Source: an uncultured Candidatus Saccharibacteria bacterium
Lineage (GTDB): Bacteria; Patescibacteriota; Saccharimonadia; Saccharimonadales; Saccharimonadaceae
Direction of reading: 5' to 3'
DNA length: 64,000 nt
Assembly: GCA_938018005.1 (NCBI GenBank)
Contig: CALIJG010000020.1
Coordinates: 81,063 to 145,062, forward strand
Position 1 is the first letter of the stretch. Each line of letters begins with the position of its first letter. The notes beneath the pieces were generated by a model. That model had not been told where the DNA came from and searched no databases. It saw only the letters and a program-made list of their open reading frames with translations. The position numbers were made by a program, and so were the translations under genes. This document shows, one piece after another, positions 29,489 through 38,129 of the stretch.

Positions 29489-30800
29489 GAGAGGTCTCCT
29501 TTTCGTTGATTGGTTGGTAAGCTGCCTGGCGTGATAATTGGAAGGCCAGACCAAGCGCACCAGCAATAAATACCATACTGGTGCCACCAAAGCTCAGCAA
29601 TGGCAGCGTAATACCCGTCAGCGGGAAGACTCCAATCATCGACGCTACATTTAGCATAACATGTGCGCCCAGCCAGCCAAAGACTCCAGCTACCACCAGG
29701 CGCATTGTCATATCAGGCAAACGCTCGGCAATCCTCAGCAGGCGCAGTAGCAGCGCTGCAAACAGCGCTAGCACGACCACCGCCCCCACAAAGCCAAACG
29801 TTTCACCAATAATAGCAAAGACTGAATCATTAATCGCCTCGGGGAGATAGCCCGTCGCTTGGATACTGTTACCAATGCCCAGGCCAAATAGCCCGCCTGT
29901 ACCCAGTGCAATCTTCGCATTCTTGATGTGGTAGCCATCATCATTACTACTAGTGGCATGGTCATCCCCCTGGAAGAAGGTCGCCACCCGCTCCATGCGG
30001 TGCGGCGCAATGACGATAAGCAGCAGCACCAGCGCCACGCAGCCCGCCGCTAGGTAAGCCAGCCAGCGCCAGCTCATACCACTCATCACTACCATACATG
30101 CCACCATGGCAGTGAGGGCCAGGCCTGTGCCCATATCCTTTTGCAAAAATATCACGAAAAAGAGCGCTGCACACATCATAATTACCATGGGGATGATCGT
30201 CTGATGGAGGTCGTTTATTACCCCCTGACGCATTCGTGTGCCAAGGAAGAGTGCCATATAGATAAGCATGCCAAACTTCAGCATCTCGGCTGGCTGGAAG
30301 CTCCCCAGTGGCCCTAGCGAGAACCAGCGGCACGCCCCAAGGCTACACTGAGCAATCGCCGAGACATGCAGCATATTGCCAAGGACAAACAGCAGTGCAC
30401 ACAGCACGAAGCCGCTCGCTAGCAGCGTACCCGCCTTCTGGCGCAGCCACGCAAAGGGTACGAGCGACAACCCCACAAAAGCGCTAATTGACAGCAGCAA
30501 GCTCACCGTCTGCTTGATGGCAAAGTAGCCATCGGTGTAGTAGTTGGTGTTGTGCGCAGAGTTGAGTACATTGGCACGCTGCGGGCCAATGGCATACATT
30601 ACCACCAAACCCAGCAGCATGAGCAGCCCCACCCAGAGGATGATCTGATAGTCCGGCCGGTGCAAACGCGGCACAGCGACAGATGGAGCGGAGGTAGTAC
30701 TACGTTGCTCACGGCGCACTGGCTGAGCCGACCGAGCCGAAGCCGATCGGTGTGCAGCACGAGTGCGGCGAGCAGCAACCATTCTAGATGTGTCCCCCAC
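29424..30800 (-). CDS. ftsW: SEDS-family peptidoglycan glycosyltransferase FtsW
   Basis: About 10 TM helices with SEDS-like topology. Sits between mraY and murG. Its 3' end overlaps the murG start by about 65 nt. Confidence 0.8.
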   Translation of the reverse strand: MGDTSRMVAARRTRAAHRSASARSAQPVRREQRSTTSAPSVAVPRLHRPDYQIILWVGLLMLLGLVVMYAIGPQRANVLNSAHNTNYYTDGYFAIKQTVSLLLSISAFVGLSLVPFAWLRQKAGTLLASGFVLCALLFVLGNMLHVSAIAQCSLGACRWFSLGPLGSFQPAEMLKFGMLIYMALFLGTRMRQGVINDLHQTIIPMVIMMCAALFFVIFLQKDMGTGLALTAMVACMVVMSGMSWRWLAYLAAGCVALVLLLIVIAPHRMERVATFFQGDDHATSSNDDGYHIKNAKIALGTGGLFGLGIGNSIQATGYLPEAINDSVFAIIGETFGFVGAVVVLALFAALLLRLLRIAERLPDMTMRLVVAGVFGWLGAHVMLNVASMIGVFPLTGITLPLLSFGGTSMVFIAGALGLAFQLSRQAAYQPINEKETSHEATGSRRWIGRARYAGRRRH

Positions 30801-31812
30801 CCAGCGCCATCATCAGACCAATAAAGCCTGTCACGCAAGAGATTACCCAGAAACGCATCGTCACCTTCACCTCTGGCCAACCGACTGCTTGGAAGTGCTG
30901 ATGAATTGGTGCCGAGATAAACACTTTACGGTGAAAGAACTTCTTACTGAGGATTTGAATAAGGCTCGAGCCCGCCTCTACCACAAACAGCACACCAATG
31001 ACCGGCAGCAAAAACAGCGTATTCGTCAGCATCGCCACGACGCCTAGGCTCGTCCCAAAGGCAAAGCTCCCCACATCGCCCATAAAGAACCGTGCTGGAT
31101 AGATATTAAACCACAGGTAGCTTAGCAGCGCCCCCACTACGGTGAAGCAAAAGCCCGCCAGCTGCAAATGCCCCTGCAGCAAAGCAATCACCCCAAAGAT
31201 GCAATAGCTCACTGCCAGCAGTCCACCAGCCAGGCCATCCAGGCCATCACTAATGTTCACCGCATTGCCAGTTGCCACCACCGCAAAGATAAAGAGCGGG
31301 ACAATCCACGGGCCGAGCTGCCAGTCGCCAAGGTATGGCACATGCACTGTTGTATAGCCTAGCTTGACGTAGAAGAACCACGCTAGCACCGCCGCCATCA
31401 CCGCGATCATCGAGAACTTTAGCCAGGCGCGCAAGCCCGCCGAGCCCGAGCCATCACTGTTGATATTGATCACATCGTCCAGCAGCCCCACTGCCCCACC
31501 ACCAAGCAGTGCCGCCAGTGGAAGCCAGGTCTGGGCTCGGTCGAGATTAAACCCCAGCGTCACCACGGCAATGGCCACAATGCCAATCATCCCGGCCATA
31601 GTGGGGATATTGCGCGTAAATTTATCGGCATGCAGCTTGGTAAAGACCGTCAATTCCTCGCCCGTTGTGCTCGCGGCCCGCTGTTTTTTCCAAAACTTAT
31701 AGCGGTAGGCAAAGTAGGTATAGAGCGGCGTGAGGGCCATCGCCAGCAAAAAGGCCGCGACGCTGAGAAGAAATGTCGCGTTGAGCTCGCGAACGAGTGT
31801 GGTGAGGTTCAT
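30784..31812 (-). CDS. mraY: phospho-N-acetylmuramoyl-pentapeptide transferase MraY
   Basis: MNLTTLVRELNATFLLSVAAFLLAMALTPL... matches MraY topology and motifs. Its start codon overlaps the ftsI stop. Confidence 0.9.
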   Translation of the reverse strand: MNLTTLVRELNATFLLSVAAFLLAMALTPLYTYFAYRYKFWKKQRAASTTGEELTVFTKLHADKFTRNIPTMAGMIGIVAIAVVTLGFNLDRAQTWLPLAALLGGGAVGLLDDVININSDGSGSAGLRAWLKFSMIAVMAAVLAWFFYVKLGYTTVHVPYLGDWQLGPWIVPLFIFAVVATGNAVNISDGLDGLAGGLLAVSYCIFGVIALLQGHLQLAGFCFTVVGALLSYLWFNIYPARFFMGDVGSFAFGTSLGVVAMLTNTLFLLPVIGVLFVVEAGSSLIQILSKKFFHRKVFISAPIHQHFQAVGWPEVKVTMRFWVISCVTGFIGLMMALGGGHI

Positions 31813-33566
31813 TATGGTGTGTTTCCTTTCGGCTCGAGCTTCATATAGTCGAGCAACCAATTAGATATATCCGTGAAAATCGGGTGAGCGTCTCGACCCC
31901 CCTGCATATTCAGCCCTTTGCCCGAAACCTCCACCATAATAACATACGCTGGTGTTTTGCCAACCTCCCCACCAAAACCGAGGTAGGTACCGATGGTTTG
32001 ATTCGAAATATACTTGCCGTCTTTGATGGTTTGCGATGTACCCGTCTTGCCGCCAATGTAGAACCCCGCGCGGTCGCCACCCGCATAAAAGGCCTGGCGC
32101 GCTTGGTGTACCATTTCGCGCACGGTGGTAGATGATTGCGGCTTGATGACATGAGCATACGAAACTTTGCGCGCAGCCTTGGCAAAGGTGCCGTTGTCGT
32201 CAATCGTCCCCGCGATGACGGTGGGGCTATAGTACGTCCCACCATTGATAATCGCGCTAAAGCCGGCCGAGACCTGCAGCATCGTCGCATCCATCCCCTG
32301 GCCAAAGGACATATTAGAGTAGCGCACTGCATTGCCCTGCTGCTGGGTGGGCGATACGATATTACCCTTAGCCTCACCAGCGAGTTCCACTCCCGTCAGC
32401 TGCCCAAGGCGAAAGCGCTTGTGAAAGTAATCATACATTGTGTCGCGCGCCTGGCGAGTGATGTAGCTGCCATTGCCCAGGCGCTGCGCCACCGTGACCA
32501 TACCAGTGTTGAGCGACCAATTGAGAGCGTGCTGCATGGTAATATTGCCCGTCTGGCCCTTGCTAGCATTGCCAATGGTGATATCGTCTACCTTGATGCT
32601 GTCGGTGTTGTTGTACGTCGTTTGCGGCGTGATAACCCCTTTGTCAATGCCTGTTGCCACTGTGAATGTCTTGATGTCGGAGCCCGGTTCGTATGGCGTG
32701 GTGATGGTGTTGTTATTGAGTGCGGCGACGCTTTTGATCGTCTTGAGGTTGGACGGGTCATAGGTGGGGAGGTTGGCCATGGCTAAGACTTGGCCATTCT
32801 GTGGGTTCATCACGACGGCACTGACATCGGTAGCGCCACTGCGCTTAGCCCCATCGACAAGCGCTTGCTCGACCCTCGTCTGGATGTTGCGATCGATCGT
32901 CAGCACCATGTTGGTCCCATTCTTGGCAGGCTGGTTGATGTTTGTCCGGCCAATCGTCAGCGGCACCGAGCGGATATCTGTTACCGTCTTGAGCACGCCG
33001 TCCGTGCCACGTAGTTTGTCGTCATTCGCCTGCTCAAAGCCGTACTTCCCCTTGCCCTCGGCATCAACAAAGCCCAGCACTTGGCTGGCCAGCTGCCCTT
33101 CTGGGTAGACGCGCTGGCTCATCGCATCGAAGCCCACCCCAGCGAGGTTCTCTTTCTTAATAAGTTCAGCCTGCTTGCGGTTCACCTTGGTGGCAAGCAC
33201 TTGGTAGCGGCTTGGCTTGCGCGTAATGTACTGGCGAAAGTTCTCACGCACATTGCCACCAGCCACCTGGTTGAGGACCGCTACGATCTTATCTGTATCC
33301 GTCACAGCCATCGGGTCGGCCCACACAGTATAGACCGTCTCGTTCATGACGAGCTTGGCGGGGGTGGTGCCGTCCATAGTGTATATCTCACCGCGCTGGG
33401 CGCGCAGACGAAATTGCTTGACTTGCTCGCTATCAGCCTGCGACACATAGTAGTCATGCTGCAGCACCTGCACATACCCTAGGCGCAACACAAACACCAC
33501 AAGTAGCCCGCCGAGCACAGTGGCGAGCGCCTGAGCGCGTGGCGTAGCAAGATGGCGCTGCAGCAT
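31812..33566 (-). CDS. ftsI: penicillin-binding protein (FtsI-like class B transpeptidase)
   Basis: N-terminal TM anchor; SxxK (SDIK) and KTG (GKTGTS) motifs; dcw context. Confidence 0.85.
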   Translation of the reverse strand: MLQRHLATPRAQALATVLGGLLVVFVLRLGYVQVLQHDYYVSQADSEQVKQFRLRAQRGEIYTMDGTTPAKLVMNETVYTVWADPMAVTDTDKIVAVLNQVAGGNVRENFRQYITRKPSRYQVLATKVNRKQAELIKKENLAGVGFDAMSQRVYPEGQLASQVLGFVDAEGKGKYGFEQANDDKLRGTDGVLKTVTDIRSVPLTIGRTNINQPAKNGTNMVLTIDRNIQTRVEQALVDGAKRSGATDVSAVVMNPQNGQVLAMANLPTYDPSNLKTIKSVAALNNNTITTPYEPGSDIKTFTVATGIDKGVITPQTTYNNTDSIKVDDITIGNASKGQTGNITMQHALNWSLNTGMVTVAQRLGNGSYITRQARDTMYDYFHKRFRLGQLTGVELAGEAKGNIVSPTQQQGNAVRYSNMSFGQGMDATMLQVSAGFSAIINGGTYYSPTVIAGTIDDNGTFAKAARKVSYAHVIKPQSSTTVREMVHQARQAFYAGGDRAGFYIGGKTGTSQTIKDGKYISNQTIGTYLGFGGEVGKTPAYVIMVEVSGKGLNMQGGRDAHPIFTDISNWLLDYMKLEPKGNTP

Positions 33567-33569
33567 GGG

Positions 33570-33933
33570 CTACTCGCTGGCGTACGCTGTATTGGCTGGT
33601 GTTGTCATTGTTTTGGCCACACTACTACCCTGCACTTCCTTAAGGGCAGTCAGGCGGGCATTATCGACCTCCAGGTCTTTCTTTTGCTCGCTGAGAGCAG
33701 AGATCTTGTCGTCGATCTTGCTGGCCTCGTAGCCATAGCTGACTGTATGCGTTGCCTGCGCCAGATATATCAAGCCAAGGATGGTGATAAGGAGGGCAAT
33801 CAGCACTGTGTGGGTGATTGGCCCAAGTTTGATAGCCGAAGCAAAAGCAACGGTGTTACGGTTGCGCTTCCAGGTGCTCTGGCGTCGACTATTAAATTGC
33901 ATTGTCCGTGTGTAGGTTGTCATTGTGGTGGTG
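33570..33933 (-). CDS. FtsL/DivIC-like septum-formation protein (start uncertain)
   Basis: Short basic N-terminus, one TM (ITHTVLIALLITILGLIYLAQ) and a coiled-coil-like C-terminus (KIDDKISALSEQKKDLEVDNARLTALKE). No SD at either candidate start (33933 or 33912). Confidence 0.4.
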
Positions 33934-34116
33934 TTTGTGTTGTTTAGCGTTGGTATGGGGTCGTTTCTAGGTCTAAGTGGGGCGGATAGCGCGCCGCCCC
34001 AGCGCGAGGTCTTAGGCCAAGGGCTATTTGCCGTGGCGGACCAATACGGTTGTCGTGATTGATTGATTTTGTACGGGGATACGAACTGGCATGTCCCTAC
34101 TCCTTTTTTTGTTTTT

Positions 34117-35007
34117 TTATATTTTTGCGGCGGCTCGCAGCTTGGCGCTGCGGGCACGCGGATTGTAAGCATCGTCATGGCTGCCCGCGATAGGCTTCTT
34201 GGTGAGGATGCGCAGCTCGGCCTCGTAGCCTGCCTGGCGCTGCTCCGCGAAGAAGCGCTTGACGAGCCGATCCTCGAGGCTATGGAAGCTAATCACTCCC
34301 ACCCGTCCACCAGTGCGCAGCAAGGCTGGCACCAGCTGGAGCGTCTGCTCTACCTGCGTCAATTCATCATTGACGGCAATGCGGACTGCCTGAAAGGTAC
34401 GCGTGGCTGGATGGGTCTTGCCCCGCTTGCCACGGGTAGCGTGCTCGATGACGCTAGCGAGTTCTCCAGTATTCGACAGTGGCCGGGCCGCGCAAATAGC
34501 AGCAGCATAGCGCCGTGCTATCGCCGGCGGTTCTTCGCCGTAGCGGGCGATCAGTCGGGCAAGCTCTGCCTCTGCCATGTGGTTGACAATCTGCTCGGCA
34601 GTCATCGCCTGGCGTTGATCCATCCGCATATCAAGCGGGCCAGTGTGTGTAAAGGAAAACCCTCGGTCAGCTCGATCGAGCTGCGGTGACGACACCCCCA
34701 AATCCAGTAGCAATAAATCAAATTGCTCGCCCTCGCGAACCAACTGCTGTGCTGCCTGCAAAAAATCACAATGCATCAGTCGTGCGCCCTGCCCTGCCAA
34801 GCTACCAAGCTGCGACAAAGCATACTGGTCGCGATCGACCAAACACGCCGTGGTATACGTCTGGGTCTGCTCGAGAATCGCTGTGGCATGGCCGCCATAC
34901 CCCGCCGTCAGGTCGAGATAGCGCTCACCTGGGCGTGGCTGGAGCTGGGCCAACACTGCCTCCAGCAATACCGGAACATGAAGTGGTGGATGTGCTTTGA
35001 TACTCAT
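34117..35007 (-). CDS. rsmH: 16S rRNA (cytosine1402-N4)-methyltransferase RsmH (MraW)
   Basis: MSIKAHPPLHVPVLLEAVLAQL...YLDLTAGYGGHA signature. Confidence 0.9.
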   Translation of the reverse strand: MSIKAHPPLHVPVLLEAVLAQLQPRPGERYLDLTAGYGGHATAILEQTQTYTTACLVDRDQYALSQLGSLAGQGARLMHCDFLQAAQQLVREGEQFDLLLLDLGVSSPQLDRADRGFSFTHTGPLDMRMDQRQAMTAEQIVNHMAEAELARLIARYGEEPPAIARRYAAAICAARPLSNTGELASVIEHATRGKRGKTHPATRTFQAVRIAVNDELTQVEQTLQLVPALLRTGGRVGVISFHSLEDRLVKRFFAEQRQAGYEAELRILTKKPIAGSHDDAYNPRARSAKLRAAAKI

Positions 35008-35144
35008 ACGTTTCTTATGGTAGCATAATATTGCTTTCCTCCCCTACTGGTCGTGGCCTATTTAGCCAAAGAACAACAGAGAAACCGATACTAAGCTCGC
35101 TAGCTATACGCCGTCTCACGCCTTGCCTCACCACCTCCTGCGCT

Positions 35145-35225
35145 CGGGATCGCTATAAGGGTCAACATCTCCCAGATGTTGACCTCTTGCGCTGGGCTGA
35201 TAATCCGTTATTGCAACGGATTATC
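35145..35225 (+). repeat. copy 1 of a ~75-bp two-hairpin repeat element
   Basis: ATAAGGGTCAACATctcccagATGTTGACCTCTTGCGCTGGGCTGataatccgttATTGCAAcggattatc has two perfect palindromic stems. See copy 2 at 41508-41590 (inverted). Confidence 0.6.
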
Positions 35226-35634
35226 ACACTCCCTCGGCAGGAGGATGGCACGGCAATGCTACCGATAGGTATAGCCATGCTTTTCCATAAAGATACGCTC
35301 CGCTCAGGCTACTGCGAGATAGTCCGATGCGGGTTCGAGATCACCCACCTGGTAGCGAAACCTGTTTGTTTTCGCATAAAATGTGTTTGTTTTTGTTGAC
35401 GATCTTTGCTTATACCAGGCCGAGAGAGCCCGTCAAAGATCGTTTGAGAGACTTATGTGTATAATTGCCGCAGCAATTATGTGAGGTGGAGTTTTTTTGG
35501 GAGGTGTTTGTGAGGAAGGTGCGCCCGACAAGGTTTTGCGTGGGTCGGGTGCCCACATGGCTCACTACCAGATGGTCGATCTCGAGGATATCAGTTACAC
35601 GTACTTGTTAAAGAGCGTCACAAAAACAGCCTTG

Positions 35635-35997
35635 CTACTCGGCCTGCTCCGGTGCCATGAGGCGCCAATACTGGCCGGCGCGCACCGCCACAACCTCGCG
35701 CGATATCCCAGCATAATCCAGCAGATGCTGCTCTACCGTTACCCTGCCCTGCTTCTGGTCCAGAGTGGCAGCAGTCTTGCCGCGCCGGAACTTGACGTTG
35801 AGGTCGGCGACATGTTCATCCAGAATACTGCCTGTCAGCGCTGGCTCTACTTGGCTATCCCACACATCCTGCGCATACAGGTGGAGGTAGCTGCCAAAGC
35901 CGCGCGTCAGGACCACGCCACTGGCGAACTCCGCCCGAAGCTCCGTCGGTATGGTGAGCCGACGCTTGTCATCCAGCTTGCGTTCGAAGTAATCCAT
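35635..35997 (-). CDS. mraZ: transcriptional regulator MraZ
   Basis: MDYFERKLDDKRRLTIPTELRAEF...LDQKQGRVTVEQHL are the duplicated MraZ motifs. Lies at the head of the dcw cluster. Confidence 0.8.
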   Translation of the reverse strand: MDYFERKLDDKRRLTIPTELRAEFASGVVLTRGFGSYLHLYAQDVWDSQVEPALTGSILDEHVADLNVKFRRGKTAATLDQKQGRVTVEQHLLDYAGISREVVAVRAGQYWRLMAPEQAE

Positions 35998-36066
35998 GGG
36001 GTGTGGCGATCCTTACAGATGAATTATTTTGTTTTTGTGCAGTGGTGTTTGTTTTTCTCGTGGTTA

Positions 36067-36132
36067 CCCACTTTCTTCCACTACTCCCACTATACTACCC
36101 ACTCTCACCCACACGCAACCCTTTTTACCCAC
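36067..36132 (-). promoter_or_regulatory. predicted MraZ operator: six GTGGG-type direct repeats with ~10-bp phasing upstream of mraZ
   Basis: Plus-strand CCCAC/TCCAC at 36067, 36077, 36086, 36098, 36108 and 36128, i.e. GTGGG on the mraZ sense strand. The array sits 70-135 bp upstream of the mraZ ATG. Confidence 0.5.
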
Positions 36133-36346
36133 GGCATTCCCCGCCGCGCTGGTGCTTATCCACAAATCTGTGGAAAAGCTCAACCAGTATCAGGGGTCAG
36201 TAGTTTTCCCCACTCTGCACAATATGGATAAGAATAAGCGATATTGTTGAGTGTTTTGATCTGATCTAAGCGCATCTATAGTAGATATATCTTGCCATTT
36301 TATACGCACAAAAGTAGAAAATACGCTGATTTTATGGCATTATAAG

Positions 36347-36375
36347 CAAAATAGCTTGACGCCGCTCTCATATAT
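36347..36375 (+). promoter_or_regulatory. sigma70-like promoter (TTGACG-17-TATATA) embedded in a (TA)n tract
   Basis: Lies about 95 bp upstream of the 36469 small gene. Confidence 0.35.
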
Positions 36376-36468
36376 TGATATATATATTAGCTTTTGAGCT
36401 CAGAGGTTTCCTCTAAAGAGCAAAAAGCAGCTCTTTGGCCTCTGTTGATCTCATGAAAGGGGATCGTC

Positions 36469-36666
36469 ATGGAACCGTACATGATCGAAGTCACACTAGT
36501 GAATGGACAGGTGTCTACTCTGGTCTCAACATTTAAAAGTTCTGGGCACTTTATTGAATTCTTGCGAAAAACAATAGACCACAAGAACTACATACCTGTC
36601 AGGGGTGACGCATATATCAACCCCAAGACAGTAGCATCATTTAGGTGCTATGAGGACAGAGGCTAA
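36469..36666 (+). CDS. small hypothetical protein (65 aa)
   Basis: RBS AAAGGGGA lies 7 nt before the ATG. No homolog recognised. Confidence 0.45.
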   Translation: MEPYMIEVTLVNGQVSTLVSTFKSSGHFIEFLRKTIDHKNYIPVRGDAYINPKTVASFRCYEDRG

Positions 36667-36839
36667 ATAAAGCCCACCACACAACCCGCCAATCGCCACG
36701 CCTGATTGAGTACTCTATACGAGTATTCTCGGGCCTGGAAACCCGATTTGGCTGTGGCAGTTGGTGGGCTGTGTTTTTTGTATAACGTTTTAACAAGCTA
36801 TGATCTCATACCCAGGCATGTATGCTACGAGCTCTCCAC

Positions 36840-37268
36840 CTACTTCTGTAGAGAATCGATCAATAACGTAACAAGAAAAAGGGCTATCATTACAATAAGG
36901 AATAAAAGCCATAGTACGATCCACCCAACCACAACAGCGCTGCACACAATACTCGCTATACCCCACGCACGCGATGCACCTGCTTCGCGTAGCTTGTCGT
37001 AAGAGTTGATACCAAGGACAATACCAGCAATACTTGCAACAACAGCAGCAGAAAAAGCAGCACGATTCATATTAGTAGATTCATCCAAAGTAGTGTTCGC
37101 AATTAACATGAGAATGCTAATGATGCCGCTGCACACACCACCTACACCAAGCGCCGTACCCAGGGCTGCGTACTGACGAGCCGAGGCGGGTGATGCTGTG
37201 GGCTGCCGTGGGTGCGCTTGCTGGGGTGGCTGTGGTTGAGACTGGGGTGGAATCGGCTGTTGCGACAT
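36840..37268 (-). CDS. membrane protein with Pro/Gln-rich N-terminus and several TM helices
   Basis: MSQQPIPPQSQPQPPQQAHP... followed by three or four hydrophobic helices. Confidence 0.5.
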   Translation of the reverse strand: MSQQPIPPQSQPQPPQQAHPRQPTASPASARQYAALGTALGVGGVCSGIISILMLIANTTLDESTNMNRAAFSAAVVASIAGIVLGINSYDKLREAGASRAWGIASIVCSAVVVGWIVLWLLFLIVMIALFLVTLLIDSLQK

Positions 37269-37307
37269 AGAAGGTGTGTTCTTAAGAATGTTACTGGCAT
37301 TAAGCCC

Positions 37308-38129
37308 CTACCCCTGATGATTGAGTAGCCAGTTGTTGGCCGCTACCCAGGTCTCGAGCGTGCCAGTGTCGAGGTAGTGGCCCTTGGTAGGGACGACGGC
37401 CATGTGGCCACCAGCGGCGAGGTAGTCGTTGAAGGGGTCGGTGATGTAGTATTCGCCCGCGACGTCGTCACGGTCGGCGTGGGCGGCAATGCGCTGCAAG
37501 AGGTCGTAGCTGAGGACGTATTTGCTGACATTAATCATCTCGCTTGGTGCCTTACCTGGCGCTGGCTTCTCTACCACACCGCGCAGGCGGCCATCATCGG
37601 CAACATCCAGCACGCCGTAGCGGCTGAGCTGGTCGGGCGGCATGTGCACACCCAGGATAGCCGAGCGATCCTCCCCCGCTGCCTCAATGAGGCGCGCCAC
37701 CTCTGATGTGCCATCGGCATTATACACACAGTCATCACCCATCAGCACGACCACTGGCTCACCCGGGTCGAGCTGCGGCACCACGAGGCTGACCGGGATG
37801 GCTGTACCATACTTACCATAGCTCGATTGCACCATGTAGTGCAAATTAACCTTCGGTGGAGCGATGAGAGGCAAGAGATCTGCCTTACCATTGCGGCGCA
37901 GATAGTTGTTGAGATCGACGTTGGAGCGGTAGAAGTCGCGAATCTGCGTGCTTTGCTCGCTCACCACGAAGTAGATATCGCGGATGCCCGCCGCGATGCA
38001 GTCTTGCACGGCGTAGTCTACCACCGGGCGGTTACCCAGCGGCAGCATGCATTTTTCGATCGTCTTGGTGACGGGCAGGCGCCGTGTCCCCCAGCCTGCT
38101 ACGGGGATGATTGCTTTGGTGCATTGCAT
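37308..38129 (-). CDS. galU: UTP--glucose-1-phosphate uridylyltransferase (GalU-like sugar nucleotidyltransferase)
   Basis: KAIIPVAGWGTRRLPVTKTIEKCMLP is the nucleotidyltransferase G-rich loop, typical of GalU. Confidence 0.75.
   Translation of the reverse strand: MQCTKAIIPVAGWGTRRLPVTKTIEKCMLPLGNRPVVDYAVQDCIAAGIRDIYFVVSEQSTQIRDFYRSNVDLNNYLRRNGKADLLPLIAPPKVNLHYMVQSSYGKYGTAIPVSLVVPQLDPGEPVVVLMGDDCVYNADGTSEVARLIEAAGEDRSAILGVHMPPDQLSRYGVLDVADDGRLRGVVEKPAPGKAPSEMINVSKYVLSYDLLQRIAAHADRDDVAGEYYITDPFNDYLAAGGHMAVVPTKGHYLDTGTLETWVAANNWLLNHQG

Noticed and set aside
36157-36165. Perfect DnaA box TTATCCACA with a nearby TGTGGAAAA and a CTTATCCAT-like site, raising an oriC hypothesis
   Set aside because: There are only one or two boxes, no AT-rich DNA-unwinding element adjacent, and no dnaA/dnaN in the window. 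It sits inside the mraZ regulatory region and is likely coincidental. A genome-wide skew analysis would settle this.
35497-36231. 244-aa ORF (TTG start) on the plus strand downstream of a strong TGtgTATAAT promoter-like site, fully antisense to mraZ
   Set aside because: mraZ on the opposite strand carries clear family motifs. The plus ORF has no ATG start and odd composition. It is most likely a shadow ORF, though antisense transcription from the promoter-like site remains possible.
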